Assembly (NCBI GenBank): GCA_027604505.1
Contig: JADIIX010000144.1
Location: forward strand, 1 to 55,892
From: Gonapodya sp. JEL0774
Lineage: Eukaryota
DNA length: 55,892 bases
Reading direction: 5' to 3'
How positions within the stretch are numbered: position 1 is the first letter of the stretch; each line of letters begins with the position of its first letter. The notes beneath the pieces are model-generated. The model searched no databases and was not told the DNA's origin. It worked only from the letters and a program-made list of their open reading frames with translations. The position numbers were made by a program, and so were the translations under genes. This document shows positions 1 through 13,300 of this stretch, one piece after another.

Positions 1-80
1 CTCCCCATGCACCCCCATGCACACCCATGCACACCCATGCACCCCCATGCACCCCCATGCACCCCCATGCACCCCCATCC
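1..80. repeat. 10-bp tandem repeat (CACCCCCATG)n, intronic
   Basis: About 7-8 copies of CAC(C/A)CCCATG, lying in an intron of the minus-strand peroxidase gene beyond the donor at ~126. Confidence 0.9.
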
Positions 81-126
81 CCCCGCCCCCGCGGGTGCTC
101 GGGTCCCTGCGGCACTCGCCAACTCA

Positions 127-2120
127 CCACAGGGCAGTCCTGACTCTGTGCGTAAAAGAGTTCTTCGACTGGAGGGTGGGAGCGAGGTAGGGTGGTGCGG
201 TGGTTGCGGTGGTGTGTGGGGGGGGGTGGGGGGGAAGGGGGGAGGGAGGGGGGGTGGTGGCGGTGGTTGCAGTGGTGCCGATGGGGGTGGGGGGAAGCGG
301 GTGGCGCCACGGAACGCGGGGCAGGGCGGAGAGCGGCGCGGGTCGGAGCGGGGAGTGAACAAGAGGACACCAATGGTGAGGACCGACACACCACACCACA
401 CCGCCCCCATTGGCCGTCCAAAACCACTATCCCCCATCCCCCATGCCCCCATGCCCCCAATCAACCCACCCCACCCGACCACCTTTTCCAGCCCCTTGTT
501 GTCCGTCCTGTCCACCAACTCGTACTTGAGTGACCCGTCCATGCCCCCCGTTCCGTCGTCGGCGTTGTAGGTGCCGGCGTCGTGGAAGAGGGAGCGGAGG
601 AAGGGGCCGCGGAGGCCCGTGGTGAGGGAGCTGGAGGGGGGGCAGCGGCGCGGGGAAGGGGTTAGGGGAAGGTGTGTGAGCGAGGGGAGGGGTCGAGCGA
701 GCAACAGAACCGATCCACCGGGGGGCAATAGACCGGGCGAGAAAGGAGACCAGCACTGGGGACGGGCACGACCCGACGCGCCTTGCGTCTGACGTCCATG
801 CGTCCACGGTCCAGCGTCCAGCCACACAACGTCCACCACACGCGCCCGCGTAACCCACCTCGAGTTGGTGTAATCCAGCGTGATGGTCAAGTTGTAGTAC
901 ACCGACCAGGCGTTGCAGTCGATGGGGTCGGTCATGTTGGCCTTTTCAAAAGGGGGGGGGGNNNNNNNNNNNNNNNNNNNNNNNNNNNNNNNNNNNNNNN
1001 NNNNNNNNNNNNNNNNNNNNNNNNNNNNNNNNNNNNNNNNNNNNNNNNNNNNNNNNNNNNNNNNNNNNNNNNNNNNNNNNNNNNNNNNNNNNNNNNNNNN
1101 NNNNNNNNNNNNNNNNNNNNNNNNNNNNNNNNNNNNNNNNNNNNNNNNNNNNNNNNNNNNNNNNNNNNNNNNNNNNNNNNNNNNNNNNNNGGTGTGGGGG
1201 GGGGCTTGGTGGGCTTGCCCTCCGGGGGGGGGGGGGGGGGTGGTTATGCAGATGCGAACAGGGACAGGTGATTGAGTGAGTGAGTGAGGCAAAAGGACGA
1301 CGGGAGGTACGTGCATGCCACCCGAACCGAACCGACAAAGCGGCACTGGACGAGACAGCTGTTCGTGCAGACTCTCGATTGATGCTTGAGTGGTGGCGGG
1401 CCCTCGGGTTCGCTTGGGCTCACGTCACGTCGGGCCGCTCGCCCGCCCCAAGAGACTCACCGTGGTTCCAAACACGTTCACTGTGGATTTGGACGTGGAC
1501 CCACTGGTGTACCCGCCATACTGACCACACCCCTGGCAACCCCCGGTCCAACCCGAGTAGTCGTAGGTGACTGTGGGGGATGCGACCGACTGTTTTGTGC
1601 TCGACGAGGATGTGGAGGTGGGGGATGCGAGGGAGGCAGAGGAGGAAGGAGCGGAACCGGCGACATTGCCAGATCCGGATGAGGAAGATGCGGCTGCTGC
1701 TGCATCCTGGTTCCTGTGAGTGATGAGAATGGCCAGTCCGACTGCCAGAGCGACGAGCACGAGGACCAAGAGAGCCAGAGCGACGTAAATGATGCGTTTG
1801 AGTCTTGGGTCTTCGTCAGGGGAGATTTCCGAGTTTGGGTCGAGGTTGAGAGAAGAGAGGGAGTTGTGTTGTTGGTGTGAGAGAAAGTCTTTTGGGTCGT
1901 TGGCAAAGAGTTGGGAAGAGGAAGGGGAGAGGGGTTTGAGGGTGTCGTCGTCCGGGTTTGAGCGGTGAGTGTGTGAGATGGGAGAGTACGAGGCGGGAGG
2001 GGGAGTTGGGGAGGAGTGAGGGAGTTGGTGGGGAGTGGAAGGGGGAGGTGGAGATGGGGAGGCAGAGGGGTCGTGGGACAGAGGAGAGGGCGGGAGTGTG
2101 CGAGGGGACCGTGGTGGCAT
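127..2120 (-). CDS. Heme peroxidase (non-animal superfamily) with N-terminal TM anchor; multi-exon, 3' part beyond the window start
   Basis: ATG 2120 (MPPRSP...), then TM IIYVALALLVLVLVALAVGLAILI and a Ser/Thr linker, donor at 1460. Exon ~858-930 reads NMTDPIDCNAWSVYYN. Exon ~483-631 reads GPFLRSLFHDAGTYNADDGTGGMDGSLKYELVDRTDNKGLEK (distal R..FHD motif and GG.DGS). Exon ~127-167 reads EELFYAQSQDCPV. The N-gap at 962-1190 may hide an exon. Confidence 0.85.
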
Positions 2121-3558
2121 CGGGTGGGTGGAGAGTCGGGGAGAGTGTGGGGGAGAGTGCGGGAGTGACGGGGTCTGATGCGAGTGCGTGTGTGACCAGG
2201 GCTTGCAGGATGCTCGAGTCTGTTTTCCTGTTTTCCTGTTTTCTTTCTTTCTTTCTTTCTTCTTCCTTTGTTCCCCTCCTCGTCTTTCTTGCTCTTGTTG
2301 TTGTTGTGTTGTTGAGTCCCAATTTCCACTCTCCGTTTGGGCCGACGCACTCTGGTCCCCCCCCTGCACTCAGCCCTCGCTTTCGGGTCCTTTGCACCTC
2401 ACCTCACCCACGCCGCCCCTTTGTGGCTCATCATCTGACGACACCAGTCCCAACTCTATTTTGAAAGCCCACATCCCCCCCAAGTGCAAAAAGAGTGAGA
2501 ATAAAAAAAGTGAAACAGCAAGAAACATGAAACATGAGCGGCTCCATCATCCTTCTTATGCATCGTACATATGTACATGTATGTACATACTCCGCTCTTT
2601 TGAATCAATGAAGAATGTCACGTCACTCGTTGCTCATAGGTTGTTCCTTTCTTTTCCTCACTCATCGTGCCCTCGTGTGCCCTACCGCACTGCCCTGCCC
2701 TCCCCTGCATGTGCCATGTGTGAGGTTGCGACCACAACTTCACATTCTTCTCCAGACCTACAGACCACAGACCACAGGCCAGGTCCACCCCCGCCTGCCG
2801 CCGCTGACCCGCCACTGGTTTGAGTGGGTGAGGTGGCCGGCTGGTAGCCGGCGCCCCGGCACCAATGCACCACCACCGCATCATCGCGCAGTGTATGCGC
2901 AACGCGGGACTTTCTCGGTCCCTCTGGGGTGTCGCAATGTGCGTGCGTGCGTGCGTCCGCACATGGGGTACAAATTACAATACTATCTTTCGTGGTCATC
3001 ATTTCTGTACCATGTACATACGGCTGTAATCTGTATGCGAGATTTGAACAAGAAAACAGATCCCACCTTATTGTTTTTCTCTGTACATAGACAGGGGTGC
3101 TTATACATATCCATATAATGCAGAAGAAAGTCACATACCCGAACGGGCAACGTGGCGCAATTTATGAAGAAAAAGTCAGAAAGAGCACACGCTTTGACTC
3201 TGGAACGGTGCGTAGTGTGTGTGTGTATGATCGATGCCAAGGCGAGGCGATGCTGGATGTATTCTGTCCCGAAAAGGAAATCCACATTTTTCAACCCACT
3301 GAACAAAAACAGAAAAGCCGAGAAAAAAAAAAAATAGGGTGAGGGAGAAAAAAAAAAAGGAACAGGGGTGCAGCAATCTGTGTGGGTTGTGCCTCCGCCA
3401 CACGGAAGTGAGTCATTCGCGTAAGGTTGAGTCATGCGGTGTCTGTGTCTGGCTGTGGTGTGTGCGGCGGCTGGACTTTTTCCATTCCCCACTCATTCTC
3501 CGCTCCCCTTTTTTATTCCACATCGCAGCATCGCCCCATTCCCAATCCACTCCCGCCC

Positions 3559-6500
3559 ATGACAGACCAGCACTCACCAACCACCGCCTTCCCCTCCCAC
3601 TCCCCCCACTCCCACCCCAATTCCCACTCCCCGCCACTCCACCTCAACCACGCAGACGACTCAATCTCAACCCGCGCACTCACCAGGTCACCTCACTCGG
3701 ATCTCAACTCCAATAGAAAGGCCCAACTCAACCACCCGTCGGCAAAGAGGGCCAGGTGGGGCGTCAAGGTGTTGGCTGGTGGTGAGTTGCCAAGGGCAGG
3801 GCAAAGGAGCCGGAGGGGAGGGGAGGGGAGGGTGCCGGAGGGAGGGGATGGCATTGGATTGGATGGGATTGGATGGGATGGCAGGGCCGAGATGCGGGTG
3901 GGGCGGGCAGGTCGAACCGGACGTGGTCGGGAGGGGACGTGTGGTGGGGATACGACACGATACAATACGATGCGATACGAATGCGCGACAAAACACACTT
4001 TTGTTTTTTATTTTTTTTACCTTGGGGAGTTCGGGTGGGTGGATTATTTCCCCGCTCCCTGGTTTGGGTTGTGGTGCGGTGCTGGGGTCCACCGACTGGG
4101 TGTCCGTTGTCCGCGTCGGTGTGGGTGTCGGTGTGGGTGTCGGTGTGGGTGTCGGTGTCGGTGTCGGTGTCGGTGTGGGTGTCGGTGTCGGCGTCGGTGT
4201 CGGTGTCGGCGTGCACACTCTTCTGAAGAGTAGGAGAAGGAGTGGGGGGCCGAGGGTTCGCCGCAGGGTTTCTTCAAAGTCCCGTGGTTGGGTGCCCCAC
4301 CCGTCTCGTTGTGCGTGCTCACCCTCCCCTTACCCACCTCCACCCAACCCACCCACCCTCCCCCAAGTCGCCCTCCTCCTCCTCCTCGCGTCCCTCTCCC
4401 TCGTCGCCGTCTTCCTCGTCAAACTCACTTCCTCCTCCTCCTCCTCCTCCGCCTCCTCGTCCTCCACCACCGGCTCCTCCTCCTCCACCGGCTCCTCCTC
4501 CAACTCTGGTGAATCCATCCCCACAACCCCCTCCACCGGCTCCGGAACCGGCTCGGGAAGCGACGCGACCACGGGTGTGGTGGAGGGAAGCGCGACTCAG
4601 CCGGGACAGGCGAGTTGGGCCGTGCCCGGTGTCACCATGAGGTGTGGGAAGGAGTTTGGAGGGATCACGTGTCGTGAGTAGTGGCGTGAAAGGGGTGGTG
4701 CGCGGTAGGAGGAGGGGGCCCCTGTCCGCAGCCGGGCTTGACCAACACAATGCGCTCGCAGCACGCTGACCCCACACACGTACCTTTCTTACCTTTCTTC
4801 TACCTTCCTACCTTACTACCTTTCCGCCTTTTTATTTCCCATTCCCTTCTCCCCCCACAGCCACCGTCGCCAACAACCAAACCATGGGATACGCTCCCTG
4901 GTACGTTTTGACGCTTGTGTTGCCACGGCGCGCGGGTGAATCCCCTCTCACCATTTCCCACTTCCATCCCCCTCCCCAGCTGCTCCTCCACCGGCTACTG
5001 CGGCTCCTCCTACTTCTCCTGCGGCACGGGATGCCAGTCGGGATGCACCTCGCTGACCCCCAACGTGTCCCTTTCTGGCACGGGCGACTTTGCCTCGGCG
5101 GGCACCAGCGGGGTTCCCAGCATGCACATGATCCTGATACCGGGTACGAGCGACGTGGTGTTCCTGGGGAAGCAGGAGATCGCCACGCAGGTCAACGTGA
5201 GCAATGATATGAGTGAGTACGGGAGGCCGCCGCGCCCGTGGTGGGTGGGGGAGGGGGCAGGGTCTGTCTGGTCGCGGTGGTGACACGACATCTCTTCTCA
5301 CGAACCACTGTTCCTATCCCTTCCCTGCGCACCCCGCAACCCCGCCCTCACCCACACCTTACCCTTAGCCCGTTTCGCCGTCGCTGCCGAATGGAGCTAC
5401 GCCACCGAATCCCTCACCGGACTCGACCTCAAGACGAACCCGTTCTGCAGCGCCATCGGGACAACGCCAAACGGGAGCGTGTTCAGTGCGGGGGGGTCGT
5501 TGAGTGAGTTGATGGTGGTTGGGGTGGGGGGTGGGGGGGGGTAGGGGTGGTGAGCCGACGTTCACACTGCGCCACCATCCCCCCCCGCCCCCCCCCTAGA
5601 CTACAACGACCCCGCCGTCGGCAGCGGCTACCAAGGCTGGCGTATCCTGAACCGCCCGTGCAGTCCCGCAGGTTCCGCAGCCTGCGCGTTTCAAGAATGG
5701 CCCGGTGTGCCCGGGAGGGAGCTGCAGAGCCCGCGGTGGTACCCCACCGCGGTGCCCCTTCCCGACGGAAGGATGTTCGTGATCGGGGGGATAGGACAGT
5801 TTGATCAGGGACTGCAGGTGGATAGGATTGTGTGAGTTGGGGAGAAGGGACGCGGGGGGGGACGGGGAGGGGGGGGATTCGTAACCTGATCCGACCTGTA
5901 ACCCCTGCCTCCCCGTTCTGCGCGCCCCTCTCCCGCCGCCCACTTAGCAACAACCCCACGTACGAGTACTACCCTCAAACCCCGAGCGGCAACTTCCACC
6001 TGGACCTTTTGGAAGCGCCCACGGTGTACCCGTTCCAGATGTACCCCCACGTGCACGTGCTCAGGAGCGGCAGACTGTTCATCATGGCCGGCGTCAGCAG
6101 TTTGATACTCGATGTGAAGAGCGATGCGGTGGTCAGGAACTTGCCGGATATTCCGGGTGGGTTGGTTGGGAGGGGGGGTGGAGGGCGGAGGGTGGTCGGG
6201 TCGGGGTGCGCGCAAACCCGCGGCGTGATCCAAGGCTGACCGTTTTGCGACGCGCGCACCCTCCCTCCCTCCCTCCCGCTTTCGTCCTGTCCGTTTCCGT
6301 CGATGGCAGGCATCTACCCGCGCACGTACCCCTCGGTGGGTGCCGGCACGATGCTGCCCCTGTCCCCCGAAGACAACTACACGGTGCACTTTATGGTGTG
6401 CGGGGGGGGACACCCAGACCTGTGGATCGAAGAGCCGGGGACTAACACGTGTGGGATGAGTGGGTAGTGAGGGGGGTGGGGAAATGGGAGGTGGGATGGG

Positions 6501-7654
6501 GGGATTTGTGATCTGATGGACTCACGGTTTCGTTTCGTTCCCACACACGCGGCGCACGACCCACCCCGCCTCACCGCCTCACCGCCCCACCCTCGACTCT
6601 CCACCGATCAGTCACCCCCGAAGCCGCCAACCCGAGCTGGGACATGACCGAAGTGATGCCGCAAGCCCGCGTCATGGTGCACCCGGTGATCCTCCCCGAC
6701 GGGTCCATCATCTTCATCCACGGGGCCAAAAAGGGCCACCAGGGGTGGGAAGCGGGGAAAGATCCCGTGTTCGCGCCGGATATATTCGTGCCGGGGGCGC
6801 AGAAGGGGAAGAGGTGGTATACTATGAAGGCGACCCCGATCGCGAGGATGTGTGAGTTGTGTCTCTCTTTGGGGGTTGTGGTGTGGTTGTGGTGTTTGCG
6901 CAAATGTTTGTTTTTGGGCTGGGTCCGCTCATCGTGGTTCCGGAACCCCCTTCGTCCCTTCCTGTGTACCGTACATGACCAGACCACTCCGTGTGCCAAC
7001 TCATGCCGGACGCGCGCGTCCTCCTCTCTGGCTCCAACCCGCACCTTGACCCCAACTTCACTGACCCGTACCCCACCGAATACCGCAACGAATGGCTCAC
7101 ACCGCCGTACCTTCAAACGACCAAGCCCAGGCCCGTCATCACGGTGGACCCGCCCAGTCAGGTCTCGCCCGGCCAGGTGTTCACGGTACAGGGGACCTGG
7201 GACGTGACGAAACCCCTCCAGGCGAGCTTTTACTTCCCCGGGGGTGTGACGCATTCGTGAGTTTGGGGAATGTTGCGGTGCCGGGGGGATCGAGGGTTGG
7301 TGTATATCGCTTGGAGATCTCTCACCTTGTGTTTCGCCTTGGCGGTTCTCCCATGACCCATACTTTGTGAATCAACAGGATGCACATGGGTACACGACTC
7401 GTTTTCGTGAGTAACTGAAGTGACATTTTTCTTTTGTCGGAGATGGGGGGGCGCACCGTCCATCACACGTTGAACTCAAGATCGGTCTCGATGCCGGTCC
7501 CTAGGCACCTACGGTAGTCGTGTCCAGCACCACGATCCAAATCACCACCCCACCCGACAACAACGTCGTCCCGCCCGGGTTTTACGTCGTATATATCGTC
7601 AACGACGGTGTGCCGAGTGTGGGCAAGTGGACGCAGGTCATGCAGACGGCGTGA
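3559..7654 (+). CDS. Copper radical oxidase (AA5_1, glyoxal oxidase-like) with TM anchor and hevein/CBM18 chitin-binding domain; multi-exon
   Basis: Spliced exons give TM VALLLLLASLSLVAVFLV, a Ser/Thr linker, hevein motif CGKEFGGITC...CCSSTGYCGSSYFSCGTGCQSGC, then SMHM, NPFCS (cofactor Cys), RWYPT (cofactor Tyr), NNPTYEYYP, RTYP, RMYHS (Tyr/His ligands), GSNP, VTHS (His ligand), PPGFY; stop at 7652-7654. Start codon is inferred. Confidence 0.9.
4115..4212. repeat. Intronic hexamer microsatellite (GGTGTC/GGTGTG)n
   Basis: Directly visible tandem array inside intron 1 of the AA5 gene. Confidence 0.9.
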
Positions 7655-9718
7655 CGTGCTGTGTGATGATCGTGATCTTTGGTGGTGGTGGTAGTTTTGT
7701 GGACCGCAAGAGCGGGGTTCCAGTTGCTTGCGTGCAAGCGCATCTCGTGTGGTGGAGCGTGGTGGATTGTAGATCGGTGACGGATATGGGGAAAGGTGGT
7801 CTGGGTGACGTGCGGTCTTGTGGTGCGACCGTGCGGGGAGAGATGACGTGCACGATTAATTCGACTGATTGCATGTGCAGTCGGAACGGGACTTTTTATA
7901 GACTCGACATTTGATTACGGTCAATTACTAGTCATTGGACACTACATAATGTAAGGCTACTTCTTATCACCACTTGTCGAACTCACTGTGTGAGCCCGTC
8001 TACGTCTATCGGATCTCAAAGCATCTTTGTCCGCACGAAGTTGGATGCCAATATCGAGGTGTAAGAGATGAGCTTCCAGGCTAAAGTCAGTTTCTATGCG
8101 TGTTGGTTATCATTTTTTCGCAGCGGTGGCACGTAACTTGTTAATTTGATGTGAAATAGTTTGCGATGGGGAAGAAGGTGCAGCCCTTTTGACGAAACAA
8201 CGAGCCGGGAGCGTTCACGAGAAAGATGGGCATCTCCAATTTCCACATCAACCCAACAACCAAGTTCGCAAAGTGTGGTGGAACTCGTGTCTTGTAGTGT
8301 TACCCTGACGGTCCCGTGGGTCCCGACGTAGTCTCGAGTGTTCGTATGTATATTATTAATGTCTCTAGTACATGTGGGTATTTGTACTAGTCTGTGGCCA
8401 CCCAGTGGGCCAGATGTCACGGGTACACAACAGTCTCTTAGACTTTACACCATCATCATCGTGAAAACGGTGCCTGTTTGGTGAGAATTGCGTGTATCAG
8501 GTCTGTTTGGTGACCATTGTACACAAGCGTATAGCATTAGTCAATAGATTGTATGTATGTCATTGTTTACCTGAGACAGGTGCATACTAGGAAGGATAAT
8601 ATGTGGAGGCCCTCATCCGCACTGGTCATATGTGATATTGTGACCAGGGCAGGGACATAATACGACCACAAAACGCCTGGTACTTGATTCAAATTGGCGG
8701 ACCAAGCGTGCGCACAAAGGAGCCTTCTAGTATGAGAGTTGGCTTTCGCGGACTCGGGAGTGGAGATAATGATCCACAGGTGGAGCGTTCTTCACACCGT
8801 CCCAGCTGCCGTGAACCCCAAGTGCACACACGACAGCCGAAAACATTCTCTCTGACATGATACTGTGTAGCTTTACGTGCCGAATGCCCGATTGAGAGAC
8901 CGTTTGGTGGTCGGTGGTGCTGCGCCGTGCATGGAACAAAGGTTGTTTCTAGCACCATTTCACACACACCAGCTTCTCGTTCACATCAACGGCGCTTCTA
9001 CACGTTTACTTTCGACACGCTGGTCCCCATCCTCTTTGTCATATTCCCTCATGTTTGGTCCCAGTTTGCATATTCTGTTGACCATATGTTTGCACGCTGA
9101 AAAAACCAGAACGTTGAGAGAATCATCTGCGGGTGGAGCTTCCGCTTCAAGAAATGCTCTCCCACGCACCACCGGGGTGCCAGATCTCGTCCTCTTACGA
9201 GACTCCAGACTACGGCGCGATCATATTCCAACATAGNNNNNNNNNNCCCCCCCCCCCCGGCCGTGCCGAAAGGGTGGACAAAAACATAACTAGTTGTATT
9301 CACCACGGGACCATCACTGTCTCGGTGTTCCACATCACGGCTATTGAGTCCTTACACAGTTTCTCTTACATCCTAGCCAAAATCTAGTACAATATAGACC
9401 TACTACGTTATTTGTCACATCTAGGAAAGATGGGCTATCTACTATGTATGTATTCAGGCGTCATCACGTCAACGACGTAAAGCATTCTTCCATCCTTGGA
9501 GATGATACGACACAAAAAATGTGAGTGGCAAACAGCTGAAGTTCCCTGTTAGGAATGTAATGCATTGCCATGAATCAAGTCGAATGAAGTCGCTTGAAAA
9601 CGCGCACACAGCTGAAACTGGGGATTGATCAATCCTCTCCTGTCCCCAGTGCACTTCTGAAGAAAGTTCACTAAGGAAGTTCATTCATGTTTACATCCCC
9701 ATGAACAGCAAACTCCGC

Positions 9719-10235
9719 CTATAATGTATCCTTGAGTAAGACCACATCGACATCGTTGTGTACGCCTGTTCATGAAGCGGGATGGGTTGGCGGGTCCTCA
9801 TCATTTCAATCATAAGTGTTGGAAAAGTACCTTGGAGGAGCATCTCTCCCTTGAAATCCACCACCTTGCGCTTCTTGGCTGCACGGAGAGTCCCAAGAAG
9901 TGCCTCGAACGTGTTGGCCACCCTCCAGGGTAGCAAGTGAAGTCCAGAAAGCGAATGATGCGAGAACGTCAGTCCCTGTTGAAGCCAGCCCCGGAACTGC
10001 TTTCCAGACAGATCTCTCACTTGTCATCAGCGAAAAGTTTGCCGTACTTGACGGCTATCCGTCCACTTGCATCTGGATATGTGGCACGCAGTTAGATGTG
10101 GAGATTAGAAGTATTGGCAAAGTGTGATCCTGGAGGAGCCCAATCGCGAAGGGGAGTCCCTGCAAGCGCACCAGGAGTTCCGAGTCTCTGGATCTCTGCG
10201 ATGAGGTGCGTGATTTCCTCTTCGACTGATGGCAT
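9719..10235 (-). CDS. ABRACL: Costars family protein (ABRACL)
   Basis: Exons read MPSVEEEITHLIAEIQRLGTP / ...VKYGKLFADDK / VANTFEALLGTLRAAKKRKVVDFKGEMLLQG / VHNDVDVVLLKDTL*, matching the Costars consensus; GT-AG introns. Confidence 0.92.
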
Positions 10236-10352
10236 TCTTGCGTTTTCAAAATACTAAATTAGAATCTCAAACGCTGTCGTATTGGGAATGCTTTGGTCAC
10301 TGGTGCTACCAGTATCAGGCACCTGCTGCGCTTTCACAAACACTTTAACTCC

Positions 10353-13300
10353 ATGGCCCCTTCGACTTCTTCTTCCAAACGCAACGCAGATCGCTCAATA
10401 TCACCAGACGACCGCAAGCGAAGGCGGGGTGATGTGGACGACGGACGCGGGAATGAGCGGGAGCGGCGTGAAGAGCGGAGGGAAAGAGAAGGACGAGACG
10501 ATAAAAGTAGGACAAAGCGAGACGACAAGGACAGAGGGGAGAAGGACAGGGATAGGGACAGGGAAAGAGACCGTGACCGTGAACGTGAGCGTGAGCGCGA
10601 TCGGGACAGAGACCGTGAAAGAGACCGTGACCGAGAGAAGGACAGGGAGCGCGACAGAGATCGCAAGCACAGAGAACCAAAGGACCGCGAGGATCGCGAC
10701 TCCAGGAAACATCCTTCACCACCACCTCCATCTGCGGCCCCTCCAACCGTCGTTCCCCCTTCCGCACACCACAACCTGCCTCCCCGACCTCCTGCTCTTG
10801 GGCATGCGCAGTCGAATGGTGTGCCTGCCCCACCTCCGCCTGCTGAACCAATGGTAAGACCTCCGCCCCCGAGCAGCTCCCAACATCGAAATAGTGGTGG
10901 TGATCGCTTGGTTTCTCATTTGTCAGCCGCTGGCGATCCCAAGGTCAAGCTTGAGCCTGAAGTGAGATTTCATTTTCTTGCAGTTTGTTATTGAAGCTTT
11001 ATGTTAACCAAACGACGTGTTTGTGTTCCATCGTTGTACCGCTCATATGTGACTGACATTCTCCTCAACTCATTCCACCCCACCCCTGAAATTCCCTTTC
11101 AATACAGGCTCAAATCGCTGACCTTACTGAAGAAGAAAAGCGTCGTCAGCGCCTGGAGAAACTCGAGCAATTTCGTAAAAACAAGAACATTGGTGTGTCG
11201 ACAGGGGCAATTGGTTCTGGCGGTTTAGATTCACCCAGCAGTGCTGGTCGTAATAGTCCCGCAGCATTTTCTCCGATTGGCGTGAAAGCGGAACCTGGTA
11301 TCAAAGCTGAGCCTGCGGTCGGATTCAAGCCAGCCGCATTCTCACAATCAACTCTCAAACCCGCGTCAACACCTCTTACCAAACCTTTATCCACCGTCAA
11401 ATCCGGTAGTGCGGTCACTATATCGGGAAAACCACCTTCAAAACCACTCCCTTCGTCCCGTCTCACACTCGGTCAGTCAAAGACGGCTCCTCTGGCAGCC
11501 CGGAACCCGTTCGGTGGCAGTTCGGACGACGAGGGTGAGGATGGTACAGTTGGAAAAAAGAGGAAGATTCGGAGCCTTGAAGAAATGTTTGGTCGTGAGA
11601 AGGGATCATCTGCTACTTCTGAAGGAGACGTTAAGGACAAGATCACGCCGACACATTCCCTCCCTCCCAAACCCGTTGAAACCACGGATCAACCAATGGA
11701 CTTAGACCCTGATCCTAATGATACCCTTGACGCTTTCATGGCTGATGTCACAACCGAAGTGGCAAAGATTGAAGCGGAGGACAAACTGATCGCAGATGCA
11801 AAGTCGGCGATGCCGGAGGAGGAGGAGAGGGGTGAAGTGGTGCAGAGGATCGGAAGTGATGACGAAGATGCAGGCCCGGAGGATATTATGGCGTGAGTGA
11901 TTCATTACAACGCTCTGTTGGAAAGATGTTTTACCCTTCAACCTTTGTCGCTTCACCACTGTTTCGTGCAAAGTATTGCTGCCCAAAAAGCTAAAGCCAT
12001 TCGAAAAGACCTTGTTCCGGTTGACCACTCCCTGATTACCTATGAACCCTTCCGGAAGGACTTCTTTATCGAGCCTGACGAGGTTGCACAACTCACCAAA
12101 GATGAAGTCGACATCATCCGAGCCGAACTTGAAGCCATCAAGATCCACGGTAAGGACTGTCCTAAACCCATTCGCAAGTGGACCCAGTTTGGCCTTCCGC
12201 CGGGTGTTCTCGAAGTTATTCGGAAACACCTCAAGTACGAGAAGCCCAGCCCAATCCAAGCCCAGGCGTTACCAGCGATCATGTCCGGTCGTGATGTCAT
12301 TGGAGTGGCCAAGACGGGCTCGGGCAAGACCTTGGCCTTTGTCCTCCCCATGCTTCGTCACATCAAGGACCAACGAGTGGTCGCACTCGGGGAGGGACCA
12401 GTCGGCCTCGTCATGACACCGACAAGGGAGCTGGCTGTGCAGATACACAAGGAAATGCGCCCGTTTGCCAAGGTATTGGGACTTCGAACTGTGTGTGCTT
12501 ACGGAGGTGCACCGATCAAGGACCAGATTGCGGATTTGAAAAGGGGCGCCGAGGTTATTGTGTGCACGCCTGGGCGAATGATCGATTTGCTGTGTGCTAA
12601 TGGCGGGAGGGTCACAAACCTCAAGAGGGTGACGTACTTGGTTCTCGACGAAGCGGACAGAATGTTCGATAGTGAGTTTGGATCTTCAAATGTGTTGGCT
12701 CGTAATTGGGATCGATTATGTGACGAACATATTGCTCTTTTGCTTTTGCGTTCTTCAGTGGGATTTGAACCCCAGGTTATGAAGATTGTCATGAATATTC
12801 GCCCCGACCGCCAAACAGTGCTCTTCTCCGCTACCTTTCCCCGCCAGATGGAAGCCTTAGCTCGCAAAATCCTCCGACGACCTCTTGAGATTACAGTTGG
12901 TGGCCGATCCACTGTTGCCGACACTGTCGACCAGCGAGTCGAGGTCATATCCGAAGACGACAAGTTCACCCGGTTGCTTCAAATTCTGGGCGACTGGTAC
13001 AACGACGAGAAAGACCAACGCGCGTTGATATTTGTGGACAGACAAGAGGCAGCGGATATGCTTTTGCGGGATCTGCTGCGGCGCGGGTACCCTTGCCAAT
13101 CGCTCCACGGTGGGAAAGACCAGGTGGACCGAGACTCGACTATTTCGGACTTCAAGCAGGGCAATGTGGCAATACTGATCGCGACGAGTGTAGCTGCACG
13201 TGGATTGGACGTTAAATCATTAAATCTGGTGTTGAATTACGAGGTGCCCAATCATCTTGAAGAGTGAGTGACGTGCGGGAACGCTTCAATCCTTACAAAA

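Noticed and set aside
7..7370. Many long overlapping Pro/Gly/Arg-rich ORFs in the ORF track
   Set aside because: They are shadow frames of GC-rich low-complexity introns and of the two real spliced genes.
8298..8429. Imperfect inverted termini TGTTACCCTGAC / GTCACGGGTACACA
   Set aside because: Short, gapped match, no TSD and no second copy in the window.
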